DNA from: an uncultured delta proteobacterium
Lineage (GTDB): Bacteria; Myxococcota_A; Polyangia; Polyangiales; Polyangiaceae
Reading direction: 5' to 3'
NCBI GenBank assembly: GCA_963841435.1
Contig: CAWJCS010000005.1
Span: forward strand, 640,001 to 704,000
Length of the DNA stretch: 64,000 nucleotides
The notes under the pieces are model-generated. The model saw only the letters and a list, made by a program, of their open reading frames with translations, was not told where the DNA came from and did not search any database. Both the position numbers and the translations under genes were made by a program. This document shows, one piece after another, positions 58,366 through 64,000 of the stretch; position 1 is the stretch's first letter; every line of letters begins with the position of its first letter.

Positions 58366-59685
58366 TCAGAGCACGACCATGCGCCCGCTCATCGTGATGA
58401 ACGCGAGCAGGCCGAACAGCCCCGGGTAGTACCGGACGGAGCCCGGCGGCAGATTGAGGTCCCAGACCGCCTGCACGAAGTCAACGCGCTCCGCCCTCGT
58501 CGCCGGCACCGCCGCGATCCCGTTCGCGAAGATCAGGGCCAGCTCGCGCGACTCGAGGATCGGCGTGCCGTCGAGCTCGTAGCTCGTCCCGTATTTCGTC
58601 AATCCCTGGGAATAAAAGAAGCTGATCAGGAGATCGCTCTCGGCCGCGGCCCAAGCGCCCTCGTCGGTCCAGATCGCGTCGAGCGTCACGTTGAGGTGAG
58701 TCCGGTACGCTTCCGGTCCGAAGTAGCCCCAGCCCTCTTTCGAAACACCATCGAAGTAGGCGCGCACGGGCGTGAGCCCCGTGCGGGCGTGGGCGACGAG
58801 CTGGATGTAGGCGCGGCCCGCGTCCGCGGCGTCGAGCCAGAAGTCGTCGCCCGTCGCCTCCGCCCAGAGCTGGTAGTAGGCGGGCATCTCGATCGACGGG
58901 CGGGTGAAGATGGCGGCCTTGGCATTGGGCACGTCGAAGACGAGCTTCGTCTCGCCGTCGAAGGTGTTCGTGACACCATCGACGATGCCGCCGTTCCGAT
59001 CTTCCTTTTGACGCATGACGTCGAGCAGCTCGAGTGCGTCTGCTTCGTAGTCGATCGCGCCGTCGCTACCCCAGCGATCGTGCGCGAAGATCAGTGACAT
59101 CGTGAATTGCTGATAGCCGAACGGATCCACGCAGGCCGTCGTCGTCAACGGATCGAGCGTGTCGCACCAGGAGTCGAAGTAGCCGGCGTTCGCTCCCGAA
59201 GCGGCCATCACGGCCTTCGCGTAGCTCCAGAGCTTGTCGAACTCCTGCTGCTTGTCGAGCTCCACCGTGATGAGCATCCCCAAACCGACGCCCTCGGTGC
59301 GCACATCGCCGTGGTAGATGTCGCGGATCTCGGCCTGATCGGGATGGTCCGGATCCTCGTAGTAGATGGCGCGCGTGTCCGGATCGCCGTGGAAGAGCTG
59401 TTTGAAGGCGCCGTCGATCTTGTCGCTGATCTCCCGCTCGCTCTTGCCGAGCAGGTCGCGAAACACATTCGGGTAACTGCTCCTCGGGCTCAATGGCCTG
59501 AGGCTCGATTCGGTCGGGCCCCCATCGGATCCGCCCTCGCCGATCGCGTCGGGCCCCGTGTCAACGCCCGCGTCGAGCTGGTCGCACCCGAGCGAGTCCA
59601 CCGTGGTGGAGCAGCCGCCGAACGCCCCGACTGCCAGCACGCAGGCGGTTCCAGCCGCACGAAGGCACGAAAGGATTCCGGTCAT
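58366..59685 (-). CDS. GH8 family lipoprotein (Rex/xylanase-like)
   Basis: FGG|C lipobox; YPNVF, DVRTEGVGLGM, EFDKLWSYAK, FTRPS..MPAYYQLWA, TGLTP, EAYR, RYYPGL. Confidence 0.8.
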   Translation of the reverse strand: MTGILSCLRAAGTACVLAVGAFGGCSTTVDSLGCDQLDAGVDTGPDAIGEGGSDGGPTESSLRPLSPRSSYPNVFRDLLGKSEREISDKIDGAFKQLFHGDPDTRAIYYEDPDHPDQAEIRDIYHGDVRTEGVGLGMLITVELDKQQEFDKLWSYAKAVMAASGANAGYFDSWCDTLDPLTTTACVDPFGYQQFTMSLIFAHDRWGSDGAIDYEADALELLDVMRQKEDRNGGIVDGVTNTFDGETKLVFDVPNAKAAIFTRPSIEMPAYYQLWAEATGDDFWLDAADAGRAYIQLVAHARTGLTPVRAYFDGVSKEGWGYFGPEAYRTHLNVTLDAIWTDEGAWAAAESDLLISFFYSQGLTKYGTSYELDGTPILESRELALIFANGIAAVPATRAERVDFVQAVWDLNLPPGSVRYYPGLFGLLAFITMSGRMVVL

Positions 59686-59714
59686 CGCCGCCCGGGAACC
59701 CTGATGAACGGATG

Positions 59715-60431
59715 CTACTCCGTCAAGTACGAGCGAACGCGCGACGCGAGGACGCTGTTCGGGTGGCGCTTCAGGAATGCGTCGGCGTGCTTCCCGGCCG
59801 CGGCCTTTTGCCCGCTCTTCGCGAGCGCATCGATGCGCAGTACCTCGGCCTCGAGGACGAGGCGCCCCCGCGGGTAGGTCCGCGCGTAGTCGTCGAGAAG
59901 CGATAGCGCATCGCTCGCGTCCCCCGAGCCGAGCCGTGCCCGCACCCGGTCGAGCGCTGCAAGCTCCTGAGCGAGCGAGCTTGCCGACGAGACACGCGGC
60001 TCGGCCACCTTGGACGGCGCGGCCGCCGGGGGTGCCGCCGCCTCGTCGCCGTTCGCGACCTCGGGCTCGGGGACGGCGGGCCGCGGTGTGGGCGCCGCGT
60101 GCGGTACCGGTTCCGTCGCCTGGGCAACGACGGGAGTCGCAGGTGCCGCAGCCGTCTCGCGGTGCTGCCAGACGTAGTAGCCCGCTGGCGCCGCCACCGC
60201 GGTACCGAGCCCCGACACCACGAGGAACTTCGCCCAACCCGCCTTGGCGAACAGCGCGGACGAGGCGCCGCCGGCCGTACCGGCCGTGAGCGCCGCCGAC
60301 CCCGCGACCCCGAGCGCCGCGAGCGTTCGAGCACGCACGGCGTCCGAGCTTCGATAAGAGGACCCCGCCTCGAGCAAGGCTTGCTCGAGCGCGCTGCCGC
60401 CCTCTTCGCGCAATCGACGCGGCCCGTTCAT
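59715..60431 (-). CDS. Putative anti-sigma factor with a C-terminal TPR-like domain
   Basis: Hydrophobic segment, Pro-rich linker, SLAQELAALDRVR, YARTYPRGRLVLEAEVLRIDAL, FLKRHPNS; ATGA overlap with the sigma gene. Confidence 0.72.
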   Translation of the reverse strand: MNGPRRLREEGGSALEQALLEAGSSYRSSDAVRARTLAALGVAGSAALTAGTAGGASSALFAKAGWAKFLVVSGLGTAVAAPAGYYVWQHRETAAAPATPVVAQATEPVPHAAPTPRPAVPEPEVANGDEAAAPPAAAPSKVAEPRVSSASSLAQELAALDRVRARLGSGDASDALSLLDDYARTYPRGRLVLEAEVLRIDALAKSGQKAAAGKHADAFLKRHPNSVLASRVRSYLTE

Positions 60432-61051
60432 GGGCCCACCTTCGTCAGGCCCGCTTCGAGCGCCTGCACGAGGTCGCGAAACTGGGCGCGCGCGCGGCGG
60501 AGCCGCGAGGCCACCGTCCCGGACGGGATCGACAGCACGACGGCAATCTCGGCCATGCTGAGCTCTTCGAACTCGTAAAGGACGAAGACGGTACGCAAGT
60601 CGAGCTCCATCCCATCCAGTACCCGGTCGAGCAATCTTCGGGCACGCTTTCTGTCGGCAAGCTGCTCGGGAGTGGACGGGTCGACGAGCTCGGGAGCCTC
60701 GTCCGCCGCGACCTCGCGACGGCGTGCGGCGGTACGCCGCGCATGGGCCGCAACGTTGAGGGCTGTCTGCAAGAGGAAGCTCTTTTCCGACCCGTGTCGC
60801 ACGTCATCGAGACGGCGCGCGACCGTGATGAAGGTACGCTGCACCTCGTCGTCAACCTCGGCGGGCGGCGTACCGGCGTTGCGCAGCACGCGGGCGACGA
60901 AATCGATGTGCTCGTCAACCATGCGCCTCAGGCGTGACTCTCGCTCGCTCGCCAAATCCTTCGCGCGCAGGCTCGACCCGACGACGAGCGGACGCACGCC
61001 CGACTTCAGATCGACAAGCCCCGTGGGGGCGTGCAAGGCGAGCTCGGTCAT
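60428..61051 (-). CDS. ECF sigma-70 factor
   Basis: HIDFVARVLR, DDEVQRTF, VFVLYEFEELSMAEIA, GTVASRLRRAR. Start uncertain (ORF open to 61132). Confidence 0.92.
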   Translation of the reverse strand: MTELALHAPTGLVDLKSGVRPLVVGSSLRAKDLASERESRLRRMVDEHIDFVARVLRNAGTPPAEVDDEVQRTFITVARRLDDVRHGSEKSFLLQTALNVAAHARRTAARRREVAADEAPELVDPSTPEQLADRKRARRLLDRVLDGMELDLRTVFVLYEFEELSMAEIAVVLSIPSGTVASRLRRARAQFRDLVQALEAGLTKVGP

Positions 61052-61197
61052 CGATGAGTCTTCGGGAGCGCGGGTGGGCGCCGGGGGGCCGCTGGAGGGT
61101 GCGCGTTTCATCAATTCCCGACCTAGTCCCAAATGATCACCTCAACTGCGGCGTCCGACAACCCGAGTCGCCAGAGAGCCTGGAAATTCCAGGGGAG

Positions 61198-62208
61198 TCA
61201 GAAGCGAACCGACAGGCCGACCCCCCCGAACGGCGAAACCGCCGGAGTTTCACCCAAGGGGCGCTCGGGCAGCCCGACGACGAATTGTCGCCTCGCGAAG
61301 GGTACCGTGAACCCTCCGGAAACCTCGAGCGCGACAGGATCGATTGGCAACCCCAGCGTGAGTGATCCGCCCGCGGCGTAGTACGCGCGGACGACGGAGG
61401 TCGTGTAGGACAAATCCTTACCCGCGGCGCCCAGCCACCCCGCGACGAACAACGCGCACGGCTCGACGGTGAGCACGTCACGGAGGGCCCAGCGTGCGGG
61501 GCAGCCCGCGAGCTCGAAGGCCGTCAGCCGGATGCTGGCGTCGTGCGGCTCGCCGAAAAGGTCGTTTTGCAGTCGCACGAAGTTGACGCCAATCGAGGGA
61601 CCCTGGTCGCTTTCGTCAACGAAGCGCAGCCGGGCGACCAGCTCACCGCCCACGGTGACGAACGACGAAACGACCTCGCCGATCATCACCTGCGCGCCGA
61701 GCTCGAGCGCGAGCGACAAGGGCTCGCTGTCGGTGGGCTCTTCCTCGGGTGGTGGTTCGGGCGGCGGCTCGGGCGGCGGCTCGGGCGGCGGCTTGCGCGG
61801 CGGCGGCTCGGGTCGCGGCTTGGGCGGCGCAAGACGCGCGGCGGGGTCGAGCGCGAGCGCGGCCGTGAGCGACAGTGCTTCGACAATCTCGTCGCAGGTC
61901 CCCCCATCGACGCGACGCGTGTCGCTCTCGCCGTGCTCGCCCAAGAGCCTGAGCTCACCGTGGGCGCTGCCGCCCGCCTCGTTCAGACGCACGCGCAGCT
62001 CCATGGCGCTCTCGCCCGGCGCAGCGAGCCGCACGCGGTCAGTGCGCGCTCGCACGCCCTGGTAGAAGGCTTCGAGGCTCGAGCAATCGCTCGGCGCTTC
62101 GAAGGCGATCCTGAGCGGGATGGGCGATGGCGGCGGCGGGGCGGCGGCGTCCGGAGTGCTGAGCGCGACGACGAGCTCGAGGAGCACGATGCCGCCACCA
62201 GAAGTCAC
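61198..62208 (-). CDS. Hypothetical exported protein with a beta-barrel-like C-terminus
   Basis: Signal peptide, N-domain (APSDC...TCDEIVEALSLTAALALDP), PPPE linker, amphipathic strands ending GLSVRF. Confidence 0.7.
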   Translation of the reverse strand: MTSGGGIVLLELVVALSTPDAAAPPPPSPIPLRIAFEAPSDCSSLEAFYQGVRARTDRVRLAAPGESAMELRVRLNEAGGSAHGELRLLGEHGESDTRRVDGGTCDEIVEALSLTAALALDPAARLAPPKPRPEPPPRKPPPEPPPEPPPEPPPEEEPTDSEPLSLALELGAQVMIGEVVSSFVTVGGELVARLRFVDESDQGPSIGVNFVRLQNDLFGEPHDASIRLTAFELAGCPARWALRDVLTVEPCALFVAGWLGAAGKDLSYTTSVVRAYYAAGGSLTLGLPIDPVALEVSGGFTVPFARRQFVVGLPERPLGETPAVSPFGGVGLSVRF

Positions 62209-62212
62209 GCCG

Positions 62213-63757
62213 TCAACCTGACACGAACCGCCCCGCGGGCGAAAGCCCTGCGATGGCCCCTGGCAGCTCGTCGGCCACCTCGTGCGCGAGGGCTCCGCGG
62301 TCCACCCCGCGCGCGCCCGCCAAGCGCTCCGCGGCCCGACCGTGGACGAAGGCGCCCGCGCACGCTGCCCGGTACGGATCGGCCGCGACCAGGAGCGCGC
62401 CGATGGCCCCGGAGAGCACGTCGCCCGAACCCCCGGTCGCGAGGATGGGATGGCCCGGCTCGCTCACGGCCACCCGCACGCCGGGCGCGCCGACGAGCGT
62501 CGGTGAGCCCTTGAGGAGCACCGTGGCCTGGGTGATTTCGACCGCTTTGGCGAGCGCGGAAAAGCGATCGCCTTCGATGTCGGCCGTGGTCATGCCGAGC
62601 AGCCTCGCGAGCTCCCCGGGGTGCGGGGTGAGGACGAGCCGGCCCGCCGCGGCCGCAAGGTCCCCGGCCCGCCCGGCGAAGTGTGTCAACGCATCGGCGT
62701 CAACCACGACCCGCCCGGTCCACGACGAGACGACGTAGGCGACGGCCCGCCGCGCGGCCTCGGACATGCCGACGCCCGGCCCCACGACCGCGGCGTCGGC
62801 GTGCTCGAGGAGCAGAGCGAGCGCGCTTTCGGGACCGCTGGGGTCGAGGCGTGCGGTCATGGCTTCGAGCACGCGCGTGTCGAGAATCGCCGCGGCTTCG
62901 GGTGGAGCAGCGATCGTGACGAGGCCCGCGCCCGTGCGCAGCGCGCCGTGTGCCGAAAGCAGCGCCGCCCCGATCTTCCCCGGCGAGCCGGCGACCACGA
63001 GCACCCGCCCCGAGCTGCCCTTGTGCGACAGCGCCCCACGCCGGGGGATCGCCGCCGCGGCATCGGCCGGCTCGAGCGCGGCGACACCGTAGCCGAGCCG
63101 CTCGGCGAGGCCGCCGGGGATACCGATGTCGACGACCTCGACGCGACCGCAGAAGCTCCGACCAATCGGCGTCTCGAGGCCGCGCTTTCGATGCGCGAAG
63201 GTGAGCGTCAGATCGGCATGCAGCGCGAAGCCGAGCGGCACGCCGCGATCGGCGTCGAGGCCCGACGGCAGATCCAGCGCCACGCGGGGGATCAACGCCG
63301 TGTCGAGCCGTTCGAGCACGGCGCGCTCGAAGCCCGCGATGTCGCGCGTGAGACCCGTGCCGAACACGGCATCGACGACGGCGTCGGCCGTCGAGAGCGC
63401 CCCGTCGAGCGCGGCAAGCGTGCCCGGGCCGAGCCGCTCGTAGACGCCGCCGAGCCCCGCGAAGCTTTCGAAGCTCGCTCGCGCATCGCCCTCGAGCGAC
63501 GCGGGATCGGGCAGGACGAGCACGCTCGGGCTCCTCCCGTTCACGAGCAGCCGCCGCGCCACGACGAAGCCGTCACCCCCGTTGTTGCCAGCGCCGCACA
63601 CGACGACGAAGCGCCTCGCGGACGGGTACGCGGCGAGCAGCGCCTCTGCTGCGCCACGACCCGCATTCTCCATCAACACGAGCGAAGGCACCCCGCCCTC
63701 CTCACTGGCGAGCCGATCGAGAGCTCGCGCTTCGACGCGCGACAGAACCGGAATCAC
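62213..63757 (-). CDS. nnr: Bifunctional NAD(P)H-hydrate epimerase/dehydratase
   Basis: LMENAG, CGAGNNGGDG, DAVFGTG, DLPSG, HKG, DADAL, LTPHPGEL, GGSGDVLSG. Confidence 0.95.
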   Translation of the reverse strand: MIPVLSRVEARALDRLASEEGGVPSLVLMENAGRGAAEALLAAYPSARRFVVVCGAGNNGGDGFVVARRLLVNGRSPSVLVLPDPASLEGDARASFESFAGLGGVYERLGPGTLAALDGALSTADAVVDAVFGTGLTRDIAGFERAVLERLDTALIPRVALDLPSGLDADRGVPLGFALHADLTLTFAHRKRGLETPIGRSFCGRVEVVDIGIPGGLAERLGYGVAALEPADAAAAIPRRGALSHKGSSGRVLVVAGSPGKIGAALLSAHGALRTGAGLVTIAAPPEAAAILDTRVLEAMTARLDPSGPESALALLLEHADAAVVGPGVGMSEAARRAVAYVVSSWTGRVVVDADALTHFAGRAGDLAAAAGRLVLTPHPGELARLLGMTTADIEGDRFSALAKAVEITQATVLLKGSPTLVGAPGVRVAVSEPGHPILATGGSGDVLSGAIGALLVAADPYRAACAGAFVHGRAAERLAGARGVDRGALAHEVADELPGAIAGLSPAGRFVSG

Positions 63758-63771
63758 CCAGCGACTCTGGA

Positions 63772-64000
63772 TCAGTCGCGCGCGGGTGTCGAGCCGCGCC
63801 GTGCGACGCCGCGGTCAACGGCGGCGCGCAAATCTCGCACGGCGCGATCGAGTCCGACGAGCACGGCGTCCGCGACCACCGCGTGACCGATGTTGAGCTC
63901 CTCAATCTCCGAGATGGCACTGATCGCGGGCACGTTGTCGCGCGTGAGCCCGTGACCGGCCGCAACCTCGAGACCGAGCTTCCGTGCATGGCCAGCCGCT
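63772..64000 (-). CDS. pdxJ: Pyridoxine 5'-phosphate synthase, C-terminal part
   Basis: Manual translation: [16 protein letters not shown]...[26 protein letters not shown] at 63772-63774. Confidence 0.9.
   Translation of the reverse strand, partial: AAGHARKLGLEVAAGHGLTRDNVPAISAISEIEELNIGHAVVADAVLVGLDRAVRDLRAAVDRGVARRGSTPARD

Overview
Very GC-rich chromosomal window whose gene content points to a Polyangiaceae/Sorangium-like myxobacterium (inferred from the Ser/Thr kinase, many ECF sigma factors, Gly-linker lipoproteins, DUF1552/DUF1592 pairs and Cys-repeat proteins). About 57 genes can be supported. Housekeeping genes: nagZ, double-length uvrA, smpB, rpmE, prfA, psd, dedA, tatA, nadC, birA, nnr and a partial pdxJ. 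Accessory envelope and signalling genes: four ECF sigma factors (three with anti-sigma partners), two GH8 and one GH30-like glycosidase, an alkyl-DHAP synthase-like oxidoreductase, a 28-repeat Cys-rich lipoprotein and a HEAT-repeat protein. I found no rRNA, tRNA, CRISPR array or transposase. About nine apparent frameshifts break eight genes; they are probably long-read errors, and several are TCGA->TCGAA insertions. The most notable observations are: (1) a protein with a eukaryote-type PHAX RNA-binding-domain signature, preceded by a structured and possibly switchable leader that hides its RBS; (2) an unannotated 43-aa membrane protein beside an opposite-strand structured region ending in a terminator, downstream of smpB; (3) a repeated sigma / TPR anti-sigma / beta-barrel-like cassette; (4) a small acidic lipoprotein ending in Lys. 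Family assignments come from recognising motifs by eye; no database searches were run.
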